Below are positions 12,858 to 26,914 of a DNA stretch of 64,000 nt, in pieces; position 1 is the first letter of the stretch; the number at the start of each line of letters is the position of its first letter. The position numbers and the translations under genes were made by a program. Source of the stretch: Octopus vulgaris (taxonomy: Eukaryota); contig OX597815.1 of assembly GCA_951406725.2 (NCBI GenBank), forward strand, positions 16,120,001-16,184,000, written 5' to 3'. The notes beneath the pieces are model-generated. The model saw only the letters and a program-made list of their open reading frames with translations. It searched no databases and was not told the DNA's origin.

Positions 12858-14906
12858 ATCCATCCACACACACACACACACACATAACAGGCTTATTGCA
12901 GTTTCTCTCTCAAATCCACTCACAAGGCTTCAGTCAGCCTTAGACTACAATGAAAGATTTTTGCCCAAGGTATCATTAAGTAAGAGTGAACTGAAAACCG
13001 TATAGTTGGGAAGGAAACTTCTTAACTATACAGCCATGTTCCACCTACCCTTGGCTGCAGCTGTATATGTAATTGACTGTGTATTTATCTTTGTATGTAT
13101 TTGTGTATACCTGTATGCATGATGATCATCATCATCGTTTAACGTCCGTTCTCCATGCTAGCATGGGTTGGACTGTTCGACCGGGGATCTGGGAAGCCAG
13201 AAGGCTGCACCAGGCTCTAGTCTTATCTGGCAATGTTTCTACAGCTGGATGCCCTTCCTAACGCCAACCACTCCGTGAGTGTAGTGGGTGCTTTTTACGT
13301 GCCACCTGCACAGGTGCCAGGCGAGGCTGGCAACGGCCACGGTCGGATTGGTGTATTTTATGTGCCACCGGCACAGAAGCCAGTCGAGGCGGTGCTGGCA
13401 TCGGCCACGAGTCGGATAGTGCTTTTTACGTACCACCAGACCAGGGATCCTGGCTGGTTCAATTCGATTTCGATTTCACTTGCCCCAACATATCTTCACA
13501 AGCAAAGGGGGTTGGCATGGGTGCCTGTCATACGGTCGGATTGGTGTATTTTACGTGCCACCGGCACGGAAGCCAGTGGAGGCGGCGCTGGCATCGGCCA
13601 CGAGTCGGATCTTTGTCATTATTGTCCGTTCACTTTCTATAATGATGTGAGTTGAACAATTTGACAAAATTGGATGGGTTGGAGGACCATGTTCTGCTCA
13701 AGTGTCATAGTTATTATGGTTTGATTTCTATAGCTGGATGCCCTGACTATAATCAGTCGCTTTGCAGTGTAACTTTGTCATCTTTACGTGGCGCCAGCTG
13801 TATAGTAGTTGCCTCCTTCACTTAAGACTGAAGTGTTCTCTGACCCCCTCCCCCCATAGTTTCTGCTCCATAAACCAACCACTTTACAGAGTGCACTGGA
13901 TGCTTTTTATGTGCTACCAGCACTAATGAAATTGGCTTGTAAGCCACTGGGCGAAACAGTCTCTTTGATATAAAGGGAGAATAGGAAAGAGAGTGCAGGC
14001 TTCAGGTGAAATGTTGGGAAAAGTTATAGCTTGCTTGCTAGAAAGTGATGGCTTTAAGGCAAGGTGAGAACATTTATTTAGAATGAGGCAGTTATAGAGG
14101 AGGAAGTATGAGTGTGTACACATATAGATATGTAATGTTTGCATACGTATATGTATGCAGTGTGTGTATGTATGTAATGAGGGCATTGAATCTCACCATT
14201 TTCCAACTTGTGATGTATGTTTATAATAGTAATCCTTTCTACTAAAGGCACAAGGCCTGAAATTTTGGGGGAGGGGAATAGTCGGTTGCAGCAACTCTCA
14301 CTGTTTCACTAGTACTTAATTTATCGACCCCTAAAGGATGAAAGTCTCTCTACCGATTGAACTAAGGAACCTGCTTTCAGTGGTGTTTCAAATTGCTGAT
14401 ATTTATTTGTCGGTTACAACTCCAGACAACAGTTGAGCTAAAATAGATATCGTGAAGTATTTTGTCCGATACTCTAACAATTCCGCCAATTCACTTGCCC
14501 TGCGCTGGTACCTTTCTAGCGATTATCACCGAGTGAAAGTCAAAATTGACCTTGGCGGCTTTTGAACTTTGAGCACAGAGAATGGACACTAATACCTATT
14601 TCTTGACTACCCACAAGGGGTTAAAGACAGAGAGGACAAACAAGAACAGACAAATGAACTAAGTCAATTATATCGACCCACCCCAGTGCGTAACTGGTAC
14701 TTATTTAATCGACCCCGAAAGGATGAAAGGGAATGGACACTAATACCGCGAGGCATTCTCTCCAACACTCAAACGATTCTACCAATGCGCGCGCACACAC
14801 ACACAGTTTTTATTCAGCTCCTTTCGCTGAACCGTTTCATTAAACACACACACATGCTCTAAAGGTGTGTTTTTGTGTGATTTTTCTTTGCTATTATGGT
14901 GGGTAA

Positions 14907-15084
14907 ATGATTAAATATTTAAGAAGAAGCCAAATAGGCGTGGGTAGAAGACGAATTAAGTATGCTGGGTTGCTAAACATGCTTCTCTTTCTGTTTGTGT
15001 GGATTGTGGTTGCTTTAGTGGTGTGGATGTATAGCAGACTAGACGACATGTCAACATCATCAACCCACCTCTCCACTGGCTCAG
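14907..15084 (+). CDS. Candidate first coding exon encoding a basic N-tail plus a single transmembrane segment
   Basis: MIKYLRRSQIGVGRRRIKYAGLLNMLLFLFVWIVVALVVWMYSRLDDMSTSSTHLSTGS in non-repetitive sequence, ending at a good donor CAG|GTGAGA (phase 1). Confidence 0.45.
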
Positions 15085-16899
15085 GTGAGATTCACTACAC
15101 AAAAGGATTTTCTCTCTCTTTTTACCATAAAACATCTATATTTTATTATCCATTTTTAATGTTTATCCACATCTTCATATTCCACCTTCCAGGATTGTCT
15201 TTACGTCTCCTTTCCGAAACACGAAATACTAAACTCTGTCTTTGTACCTCGTGGCCCCTTATTTTATGTCATTACCCCTCTGCAGCTGGCTTAACCGCCG
15301 TGTCCCTTGCATTTCCATATAATGCAATATATTTAGCCAGTGCTCCGATTATTTCCGCCTTTACACCTTATTGCCATCTCCCACCTCACATCTCCTTCTC
15401 CCTCACATTTTTACACTATTTGTATATACGCACGTCAATCATGTCGAAAATAAGATATCAAGATATCATCACATCATATATAACACTGTGTGCGACTAGA
15501 TATCTACATGTGTGTGTTGTTATCAAGTGACCCAGGTCTCGTGTAATAAAGATATATTTTCTCGTTCTCTTGTGATGTGATTGTATGAATGTTTTTGTTT
15601 TTCACCTCACAACCCTACAGAATATTCCTTTCCTTTATATTACTAGTTTAGATCCTTTTTGTGCCCTCCATTGTCGCTCATTACTGCCCTAGAAGCAGTG
15701 ATAAAGCTGCCTGGCTTTATTTTCAAGAGACACCTGTCTCTAGTCATGACGTCAGCTTTGAAGGATTTTTTTTTTTTCCTTAGCGAGTTGTCTTTATCTT
15801 GCCTTTCTTTCATTCAGTGTTTCTCTGAATATTTCCTCTACCCTTATCTTCCGTCTTTGCCCCATATCTCCCTATTTATCGTCTGTATCCCTCTTTTCTT
15901 CTCTCTCTCTCTCTCTCTCGCTTCTGTTCCTTTGTTATCCTCCTTCTCCTTTTCTCTTTATTTCCTTCGACTTGTTTCCTTGTTGTTTTCTCCCCTCTTC
16001 ATCCTTGGTTCCCTTCCCCTTGTTTCTCCTCTTCCCCTACCCTAACCGACTGTTCCATTCATTAATTACAAAGCGATCCAAGGCCTTGTTTTTTTTTATT
16101 GAGCAAGTGCAGTTTTTTTAAAAATAGCTGCTTGCATCACACCCCGGTAACAATATTTATTCCCCTGGTCGAGATAAACCGATTGTAATCTATCAAAACT
16201 ATGTGTATGTATATATATATATATATATATAATTCGACTAAACCCTTCAAGGCGGTGCCCTAGCGTGACCGCAGTCCAATGACTGAAACAAGTAAAAGAT
16301 AAAAGCAAGCATATGCGCTCGCACACACACACACACACACACACATACACACCGATCAATCACTGTTGGAAACCGCGGCTGAGCTGAAAAGAGACAGTGA
16401 ATATTTTACTGCAATGACTTCTATATTAGGTTTTATTGTGCGATCAGGTCAAACTGAACACTGCGTCGTTGCTTACTTGTGCTTGCTTCAGACACACACA
16501 CACACTAGCACAACTATCTCGTGTACTGGCTTTGTGGTGGGATGGTGGTGGTGGTGGTGGTGGTAGTGGTGGGATGGTGCTGCTGCTGGAAGGCTGCGTG
16601 GTGGTTGGTGAGTTAACATAGATGCCTCGAACGTCACTTGCTGACTTGATGAAAACGGGAATAGGAAAAAAAAAAAGTGAGATACGTGGTGGAGTGTGGG
16701 TAAACAAACATTGGATAAATAATTAAATAAAGCAAGCTGACAGACAATTTCATGCACTTTTCACTTTCTCCTTCTTAACCCATGCCCGTCGTCCATTTAC
16801 TATTCATCATCACTCCTGTAGATTAGATTGATTATGCTTATTGCTTATATGTGTGTGTGTGTGTGTGGGTTCCTTGTCGACGACTGATGGTCGTTGCTA

Positions 16900-17526
16900 T
16901 TTCCAGTTACTGCTGATGCGTTGCCGGAAACCTCGTGTCACCAATCACTACTGCGTTCTATAATTGATCCTTCCGAAGAAAGAAAAAAAAAAAAAAAGAT
17001 GCACCATTCAAACAAACAAACAAACACAAATTCAAATATTTAAAGAGAAATATCCCTGCGATTGTCGGTCGGCAGCCGTCGCCACTTCGACCTTCTTTCA
17101 ACGCATTTTTCTTTCTACTTGTGCTTTTCGTTCGCTACGAGTTATTTTTAGTCTCTCCTTCCCCCCATCTCTCCTTCTCACCTCTTCACCATTTTTTTTA
17201 CACTCTCTTTCTCTCAGCATTTCATCAGTAGTCCATCATAGCAGGCTTGAGATGAAAGTGTACAGAGGTGTGGCACGAGGTTGCTTTCTTTGATGCTGTC
17301 CTCCTCTCATAGTATCATGTATTTATCATCGTAAAACAATGTTATCACACTCTTCTATATTATCTGCTTTTTGTCAAGATACATAAAATATGGCTGTGCT
17401 TAAAAATATTAATATTCATGCGGTACTTCACTTGACAGTACTTGGTGTTTCCCTATTTAATTATGGAAGCTTCTTAATTATCTCCGAATCTAACGGGAAT
17501 GTAACTCCATAATAAATAACTTCCGA
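16900..17526 (+). promoter_or_regulatory. Possible promoter / non-coding first exon
   Basis: Local CpG enrichment (gcgattgtcggtcggcagccgtcgccacttcgacc) in a CpG-poor background, repeat-free, ending at donor CGA|GTAAGT (17527). Confidence 0.35.
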
Positions 17527-20500
17527 GTAAGTATTGCCGAATGCTTTGCCATAAGAACAGAGACGAACCCATAGCCATTGTACATTGAGTATGAAAAGCT
17601 TGAACAGCTATAAGAAAATAAGATTTACAATTTTGATTTTTTTTTTTCAGTTAAAATCTGCCTAGAAGTTTGGAAGTTTTTTTTTTAATAGCACATCTTG
17701 TTAGATATTATTACTTTGCTTTCGCTTTTTCGTTTTTCTTTAAGTGTGTTACAGTGTCTCACAGTGTCTCAAAGCACACGTTAGCATATAGAATTTTGAT
17801 TCAGTGATTTCTTCTTACTGATCTGCGATGCTGCAAACTTTTGGATCTCTGCTGTCGAGGGTTGTATGTTTCCTTAACATATTCACGTTATTTTCCCCGA
17901 ATCAGGACGTTTCCGTTATTATTATATTAGCTTCACAACAACCTATATGCTACCAGCGTATGATGATGAGGTGGTTGTTAATCTTCTCTTACAACACATG
18001 GAATCCCTGTTTTCGCCAGTGATAAGTTATGGCTTTCACAAAACTAGACGCTCCAAGTAACTATTTCTCATCCTTAAACTTCGTCAAAGTTGCTGGATTT
18101 CTTATTGATATTGACAATGTTTGATATGAGAATAAAAGGAAGACCTGTCTACAAACATAGGTATCTGGAGAGCTTACTTACACACAGATCACTTGATAAA
18201 CTATCTCTTGGTGTTTAGATATTTCTCCAATCCTCCTCTGTCAATAAACTTCACTGGCACCTTCAGCTATAGGTAACACACTCTTGCTTTCTCTGCTCAC
18301 CCTCAGCACCCAACTCCAAATCCTTCTGAAACAATTTAATCAACACCAGAACAGACATTATCTGAAGTAAACAAACTCATGCTATTCCCCCTACACATGG
18401 ATAATACATAAGGCAGTCCATACAATAAATCGTTATTAACTTCTGATCATGGCACATCATTGTTCACATTTCTGACATTTAGGTTTACTTTTCTAGGCCC
18501 AGGAAATGCATCTTCACGAAATATATTCTAGACTAGAGCACTGGTTATGAATCTGACTTGAAGTGTTTCCCTCTCATACATTCCTCATCCTTGTACAACC
18601 ACTTGTGTACCATTCAGTTACAACTTTCATTATTATCACGATCTAGTTTAAGCTGAGCATTTTATAAGCCTCAACACTTGATGCAGAGTAATGTTGTATG
18701 TTAGAATAGATTATCACCATGCTAGTTCCTCATATCTACTATAAACTTTATTTTCTCAAAGCCACAACACACTTTCGTTTATCTTTCATAAAACATGTCT
18801 CAACCTCCACTTCCTCTTCTTTATTAGTATAGCATTTTCTCAATGATTTCTCAATTCAGTCTCTCTTCATTGAGATAATTCCATGGATACCAGTAAATTT
18901 ACTGGCTTAATAACTACTATATTTATGTATAAAGCTGAGTCCTTCATTTGTTGGGGGGATCTAAAGTTAATTTTGTATTGTATGTTGATACATTTTTGAA
19001 AATTTTGAAGTGGGTTTGTTCACTCGTGAATTTCTAGATATAAGGATTTTCCAAAATAGTTTCAACTTTCATATTTTCCTGTTTTTTTCCCATCTTTTTA
19101 ATACAATTCACTCGACAATTGTTTCTAAAATCATAGTGAATGTGATGTTTGGTTCATAGCTTTAGATTATTGTTGGGTAAGTCCAGCTATGTCTTGCAAC
19201 CTAGGTATGTATTTTTTTTTACTTGGTTTCATCTCTACTTCCTCACTCTTCCATACATATGTGAGATACAAAAGTTCCAATGAATCTTAGTGTACTTGAC
19301 TCTTCCATATTGAGTAAAAGATCAGTGTTTAGTGTATTCGTCCTTATTATCTGACTACTTAACCTGTGAAATATGTCTTTTATATTTAAGGTGGCTGGTG
19401 TGTATTGGCTTCTATTGAAAACAGGTTGAGTGACTTTAGAATCATTGATTTGTTTCATTTGAGGATTAAAGTAGTTGAAGTTCTTTCAGTCATTTTTACT
19501 GGTGAAAACTGCAGAGATTCAAGAAGTGATCAAATTTTATAAACAATGAAATTTAGCACAATCTGATGTAGAATTATTGCTTGCTCTATGTGGATAAATC
19601 TAGAAACATTGATCAAGTGATTAAGGTGACTTAGATTGTAGGGAAGACGTATTGTTTCTACATTTTGTTCAAATCCAAGGCTTTGGGTTAATATCTAAAT
19701 TAAAATGTTGACTGTTCTTCTAGTTGTTAAAATTACTATTTCAGAAATTTTGAATATTCTGTGTAATTAGTGATGTGAAGACCTGATTACCGTCTCTTCT
19801 ACTTTTGTAGTCACTGTTGACCAGCCTGTCATTTTCTTATAAGTATCTGCGTCCAATTATTTTAGATGTCTTTCGGTGTTCTGTTGTTACCTCTTGTTTA
19901 ATTGACTTCTCATGACTGCTTCATTCTTTATCTTTTGTTTACTTATTAACACTAAACCACTAACCTTCAGCATTTAGTAATATATTATGTCTACATTAAT
20001 TACTAAATATTTTATACCATTCATTTTCAGCTACAGCCTCCTCCTTGACTCAGCGTATTCCTTAAATTTCTTTTACTTTCACCAAACTGTATTTATTGCA
20101 TTCCTCTTTCTTCATTGCAGGTTGTCCACCTTCACTACCCATGTTTCACTACCATGCTGCTCTATACTTTTAACATTTGCCTCATTCAACCTGCCTTAAA
20201 TGAAGATAGAATCTCTTAGCCAGGTATTTCTCTTGAAGCTGTCTTACTGGGAAGCTGGTACCTTGGTCTAATTCCAAACTGCATGTCGCCGATAATACCA
20301 AAACAGTTCCGATTCTTTCAAATTTAACACTTTATGCTATTTCCTCACCTCACCATTCAGAATTGATCCTTTTGTAGTAGAGTGATTTGTAGGATTTGCG
20401 ACTAACCTTAACCAGCTTGAAGCTTAGCACCCGTTCAAGGCGATCCAGAGGATCTACAGCTTCTCTAATTTTAATGAATATCATTTTTGTTACTTGTGTA

Positions 20501-21163
20501 GAAGTTTTGTCAATTGTATCTGGCCTTTGTGTATTTACCTGCTCATATCATTGCTAATAGTTTTGCTTCAGTGACCTGTTCATTCATCTCATTGATTCTT
20601 CATGGCATTTAAATTTTACTTCATGGTATACTCGCCTATTATTTCTTTTCTTTGAAATTCACAATTTCTTAATCAAAGTAGGAACTTTGCTTCATCTAAG
20701 TTCTCTTTAGAATTTTCATTTTAAATTTCATCAACTCTCTCTCGACTTCAATCTCTTTATTAGTGTTCTTTCCTATCAGTTTCGGTTGGATTACTTTACA
20801 AAAGCATTTTTGTTTGACTGTATCTAACATTATTTTGGTCAGTTCAAAATTTCCTTATTCTGTGTTTTTCTCTGGCTCATGTTCAACTACCCTCTCCACC
20901 TTTTCTTTTGTGGTTTATCTTGTGTGTTGAAAAAGTTTACAAATTTTAATGTTACCGATCTTCTTGGACTCAGTGCTTTATTTATTGCTAGTTCTTTTCC
21001 ATATCAACTGATCCAACAGCAAATGTTACCTTTTTTGTAACAGTAATTTAACTAATGAATCCCTGCATCTCTGTATTCTCAATTTTATCAAAACTACATG
21101 AAGGAAACTTGGCTTTTTTTTTAACCTAAGAATGTGTTTTAGGCCTCCACTCATACTCTAGAC

Positions 21164-21383
21164 CAGTGGTTTTCAACCCAGGGTTCCACGGAACCTTAGG
21201 GTTCCGCCAGTACAGTCCAGGGGTTCCGCAAGAAGTTACAAAACTGTTAAAATCGGCAGTAATTTTTAATTCTCCTGTGCAGATATGTGTGCATAAGACT
21301 ATTAAATTATTGCACAGGGGTTCCTCGAGCCAGTAGAATGCTTCCTTGGGGTTCCGCTCCAGCAAAAAGTTTGAAAAGCACTG
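21164..21383. mobile_element. hAT (Charlie-type) MITE
   Basis: TIRs cagtggttttcaa / ttgaaaagcactg; exact 8-bp TSD CTCTAGAC (21156-21163, 21384-21391); repeated ggggttcc subterminal motifs. Confidence 0.92.
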
Positions 21384-21442
21384 CTCTAGACCATATTCAG
21401 AAGAAAATTTGGCTGGTTGTTATGCTTTATCCCCCCCCTCTC

Positions 21443-21476
<34 letters not shown>

Positions 21477-22472
21477 TTACCGACTATATTCCATTAGCAC
21501 TTGAATTTATACATATTCCTCCTGTTCACTAATATTCTCCACTCCATCTATTATAACTTATCAAACATCATTTGCAGTCTTACATTGTTCCATAGAGCTT
21601 GAACATCCAGTGTGTTCCTGAAATTCACTCATTTCTGAGTTTTGAAGATCTGCTATAATTGTACTTTTTCCACCCAGTTTCCTCTACTCTTATGGCTTTA
21701 GCTGGAAAAAAAAAAAGGCTTTAAACGATTGCTTATACTTCCAAATTTCCATACTCTACTGCTTACTTATTGTAAACTCCTGGCTTTTTACAAAAGACTG
21801 TTATTCATTTTGAATGGCAATCTTTTGGCTCTTATAAAATTTTTTCCTTTCCTCTGATTTTCATTGTTATCCCTGCTTGCTTTTTCTCATTATTTTGCTG
21901 CTTTTGAAATTGTATTATTACAGGAGTCATATTCTGTTTGTAGTTGTTATTTTCCTAGATTCAACTCTGATAATATTTGTATTCTCCTTCAAAAGTTTCT
22001 TAATTGATTAACATATTGCTTTCCTAAATAAAATAGTATATTGTTCTTACTCTATTTTAAATAATTATGTTCCTAAGAAGGACAAATTTTAATTACGAGC
22101 TGTTTTTATTACATATGATATCAACGACTACTGCCCTTACTGGCCAAAACTTTTATATGATGATTTAAACAAATCCATGTTCCTATAACTGGCCAATTTA
22201 ATTCTAAATAGAAATTTTTATAAAATCATCAATACCACAATTGTGATGTACCTTGTATGACTGTTTCCTTTACACTGGCAATTTCTCATTTAATCTGAGA
22301 GAAAATGACATCTGACAAGCTAGTAGCAATTATAAAGTCAAGATGTCATATTTACCACAAACTCAAAGGAATGAACAAAGACAAGATACAGTAGGGGAGT
22401 ACATTAGTCTTGAAGAGACAACTTCTCTTGTACCAGTCAGTGTGGTAAAGAGGATCTACTTGTATACAAAAT

Positions 22473-22730
22473 AATGCATAATGCTGTGTCTGTGGCCTTC
22501 TTCAGCCGCGCACAACTACTACCTCAAGGACATGTATTACATCAAAAATTCTACGTTTTCTACATTGAGAGAAGGACGAGATAGACGCTTCATTTTTATG
22601 CTGTTGCCGCATTATGTCATACGCGAATGAGAGGATTTGCATCCCCAACGTAGAATTTTTGATGTAATACATGTCCTTGAGGTAGTAGTTGTGCGTGGCT
22701 GAAGAAGGCCACAGACACACATTATGCATT
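22473..22730. repeat. Near-perfect 85-bp inverted repeat (22473-22557 / 22647-22730) overlapping a hammerhead-like motif (22695-22772)
   Basis: Arms differ by one indel and one G-U; followed by CTGAAGA-a-ggcc...ggcc-c-GAAACATATGTA. Confidence 0.9.
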
Positions 22731-23336
22731 GTTATAAATCCGTCTAATAAAGGCCCGAAACATATGTACTGCTGAATCCTTGGCATCATGTTTTTATTTT
22801 GATTAATTTACTCCACCACCTACACCACCAAACGGTATATACAGGTGCTTACAATTATCAAGTACTCACCCTGAATTTCTGTATAAAAAATATGTAAGAA
22901 AGGAACAAATGGAGACAATATAAAAAGGACACTTTTGCTGTAGAAATCATGCCAAAACTGACATACAAAACAACAGAGCCACTATTTTCTCTGTTGTGTC
23001 TATCAGATGAAGAAGGGTCATGGTGTATGGCAAGGCAAAGGACCACTGTGAGTGGCAAGATCTGTTGAACCCATTCCAATTTTTTAAAAATGGACATAAA
23101 ATGATGATAATGTAAAAAATCAAGCAAATTAAAATTTTTCAAGTTCTGGATGACCTGTAATAATTTTATTACAGAAAAGATGGTCAGTGATGAAAAAGGA
23201 TTATAATACCTGCATTAATAATCAGTTGTTGCTTAGCTTGTATTTATTTGTGATCAAAGGCTTAGGAAATTACTCCATTATAAATACTTGTTTATGAAAT
23301 ATCAAATTCTTTGCAGGTGGTATGGAGTAAAAATTA

Positions 23337-23753
23337 GGCGGCGAGCTGGCAGAAGCGTTAGCACGCTGGGCGAAATGCTTTGCGGTATTTCGTCTGCCGT
23401 TACGTTGTGAGTTCAAATTCCGCCGAGGTCGACTTTGCCTTTCATCCTTTCGGGGTCGATAAATTAAGTACCAGTTACGCACTGGGGTCGATGTGATCGA
23501 CTTAATACCTATGTCTGTCTTTGTTTGTTCCCCTCTGTGTTTAGCCCCTTGTGGGTAATAAAGAAATAGGTATTTCGTCTGCCGTTACGTTGTGAGTTCA
23601 AATTCCGCCGAGGTCGACTTTGCCTTTCATCCTTTCGGGGTCGATAAATTAAGCACCAGTTACGCACTGGGGTCAATGTAATCGACTTAATACCTAAATC
23701 TGTCCTTGTTTGTCCCCTTCTATGTTTAGCCCCTTGTGGGTAATAAAGAAATA
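23337..23753 (+). mobile_element. tRNA-derived Meta-domain-type SINE with internal ~185-bp duplication
   Basis: Head ggcggcgagctggcagaagcgttagc..gagttcaaattcc; domain gactttgcctttcatcctttcggggtcgataaattaagtacc; 16-bp TSD ggtatggagtaaaaat (23319, 23754). Relatives approx. 44020-44480(-), 14230-14785(-), 32830-33010, 41500-41670, 49830-50030. Confidence 0.85.
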
Positions 23754-25557
23754 GGTATGGAGTAAAAATATAATGGCGTGGCAGCAGGTGAAGAAATCAT
23801 AACTTCCTCATGACAAAATTTGATCATCATCATTTAATGTCCGTTTTCTATGCTAGCATGGGTTGGACGGTTCGACCGGGGTCTGGGAAGCCAGGAGGCT
23901 GCACCAGGCTCCAGGATAATATTGGACTAAAAAAAAAAAATGAAGTTAATGCTTATTATAGATCTGTTGGTAAATAACTCAACTGATCATAACTATAATG
24001 CCCAACAGATTTATATGGTTCCTAGGCATTATCTACACCCTTTTGAAGTTTCACATTATACACATAGGCACAGGAGTGGCTGTTTGGTAAGTAGCTTGCT
24101 AACCAACCACATGGTTCCGGGTTCAGTCCCACTGCGTGGCATCTTGGGCAAGTGTCTTCTGCTATAGCCCCGGGCCGACCAATGCCTTGTGAGTGGATTT
24201 GGTAGGCGGAAACTGAAAGAAGCCTGTCGTATATATGTATATATATATATAAGTGTGTGTGAATATGTTTGTGTGTCTGTGTTTGTTCCCCTAGCATTGC
24301 TTGACAACCGATGCTGGTGTGTTTACGTCCCCGTCACTTAGCGGTTCGGCAAAAGAGACCGATAGAATAAGTACTGGGCTTACAAAGAATAAGTCCCGGG
24401 GTCGATTTGCTCGACTAAAGGCGGTGCTCCAGCATGGCCGCAGTCAATTGACTGAAACAAGTAAAAAGAGTAAAAAAAAAAAGAAAAAAAGAGAGTTAAC
24501 TAAAATACTGGATTTATTTAATTTTTCTCCATTAGCATAATTCATGTAGTTTTGTAAATGTTGACATTTGCATAATGTATTCTCTGGTGGTAGCCTGACC
24601 AACTGTATATGTGATAATATCTAACTTTCTGCTAGGTGACTGAAAGAAGGCTACATGCATTATTTAGCTACAAAATGCAACTTAAAGAAATATAAGATGT
24701 TTGCAGGACAGCACCGTAACTGTTTTGTAGAACTTCTTACTTAAGTAGTATTGTCATCATTTTTTTTATTGTCCCTTCTTCCATGCTTGCATGGGTTAGG
24801 CAAAACTTGTTAAGGTAAATTTTCTTTGGCCAGATGCCCTTCTTGTCACCAATTTCACTTATTACCAAAAGAAGTAAGGTGATATTTTCTACATAGTTGG
24901 ACATGTTTTCACAGAAGTTTGGAAACAAACACTGCTTGTAATACAATGAAGATTGTTAAAAAAACTAATATGTGATGCCCAGATAAGGAGACACTAGTAC
25001 ACACAGACACTTATTTTCCTCCCATCAACATTCCCTCCTCTTCTCCTCTTCTTTCCTTTTCTTTTTTTTTGCTTCTCTTTTTCTCTTTATCACATTCTCC
25101 TTCCACCATCATATCCTATGACAGGAATCCTGTATACATATGTACAAATTCCACCATTTCTTCAGTTGTAACTTTCTTGTGCACCCACAGGCAAAACTCA
25201 GAGTAGTTAGAGACTGATTCAACCAAAAACATCATCATGAAATGTCCATTGTCCATGCTGGCATGGGCTGGCAAGCTGAGGGGCTGCACCAGACTCCTGT
25301 CTAATTTGGCATGGTTTCTATGGCTGGATACCCTTTCTAATGCCAACCACTCTGATTGTGTAGTGAGTGCTTTTACATGCCACTGGCATAAGTGCCTGTT
25401 GTGACACCAGTATCTGCCACAACTACAATTCAACTTGGTTTGATAGGTCTTCTATTTAAACACAGTATATTGCCAAAGGTTTCAGACATTTGTCATTGCC
25501 TATTATTAATCTCTACTATGATAGGAAGTACTTTTTCTAACAGTCAACTCTAAACAG

Positions 25558-25588
<31 letters not shown>

Positions 25589-26857
25589 CATACACACATA
25601 CACCCACACGCAAGGCTTTGGTTGGTCCAGAGCTATAGTATAGTAGGAGGCACTTGCCCAAGGTCCACACAATGTGACTGAACCCAAAGCAAACTTGTTA
25701 AGTACACAACCATACCTACACCTGTCTCAGTATTATTTATTATAGTCTGGAATTTTATCAGACGATCCTGTCTCTAGCTGTTGACAGTTGTCATTATTTT
25801 GATGACTAATATGATAAATATTGTTCACAATTTGTGCTGCTAATTTTTTTTTATTCAGTTGTTTTGAGGAGGAATGGCAATGCAAATAAAATGTTGGTGG
25901 TAGAAATAACACTGAAGTTATTGTTTTGATGCAGATTAATGTTTGAGAGAAAATCTTCTATTGGTCTAGTTTTGCTTTGTGAGACCTATTCTAAGAAATA
26001 TAAGCTGGTCATTATACTGAACTGTATAGATATTATATGTAAGAGTAACTAATTGTTGACAGGATTAGAAATAGGACATAGTTTGAAGATTGTTGACATA
26101 CCTGCTTGTTTCCATATCACAGTATTTATTGAGAAAAGAAAGAGGTTGAAGAATTAGTTGCTATTTGTGGTCTTATATTGTGGTCAAATTTTAGTATTAT
26201 GATAGAAATGCCTCTATAACTGACTCCTTTATTGAATGAACCAATGAAGGAGACTCTACATGATCATTTGACCTGCTAAAATCATCAGCCAAATTCTCAA
26301 ATTTGTCTCTTAATGAGGTCCTAGATTCCTTGTACACAGGAAAAGACAAAGGTTACAGTTGAAATTTGTTTGATCTGGACTTATCTAAGGCTGAACAAGA
26401 ACCACTTTATTGAGATTTAAGTAATTGAAGTTCTTACATCTAGTGGCATTGGATTGTTAAAGCCAGAAAATACTTAATGCTGAACCTGACCTTATCTCTT
26501 TCACTGCAAAGCAGGGTAGTTGCTATGTACACAAACATATCAGACCATTTTTATGGTCTCATACTCACACAATATCTATAACAAACATTTCACTCAATCT
26601 TTTTTCAATTTGCTCACTTTTGGAACTCACTCTATATATACTTCTATATATACTCGTTACTCGTTCTCGTTTACTTGTTTCAGTCATTTGACTGCGGCCA
26701 TGCTGGAGCACCGCCTTTAATCGAGCAACTCGACCCCCGGGACTTATCCTTTTTGTAAGCCCAGTACTTATTCTATCGGTCTCTTTTTGCCGAACCGCTA
26801 AGTGACGGGGACGTAAACACACCAGCATCGGTTGTCAAGCAATGCTAGAGGGACACA

Positions 26858-26914
<57 letters not shown>

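Noticed and set aside
15421-15619. Possible solo LTR (TGT...ACA with AATAAA)
   Set aside because: No matching TSD and no second copy in the window
22678-22699. Genuine let-7 gene
   Set aside because: 3' half diverges from let-7, it lies on the 3' arm of an 85-bp stem with an 89-nt loop, and no mir-100/mir-125 was seen nearby
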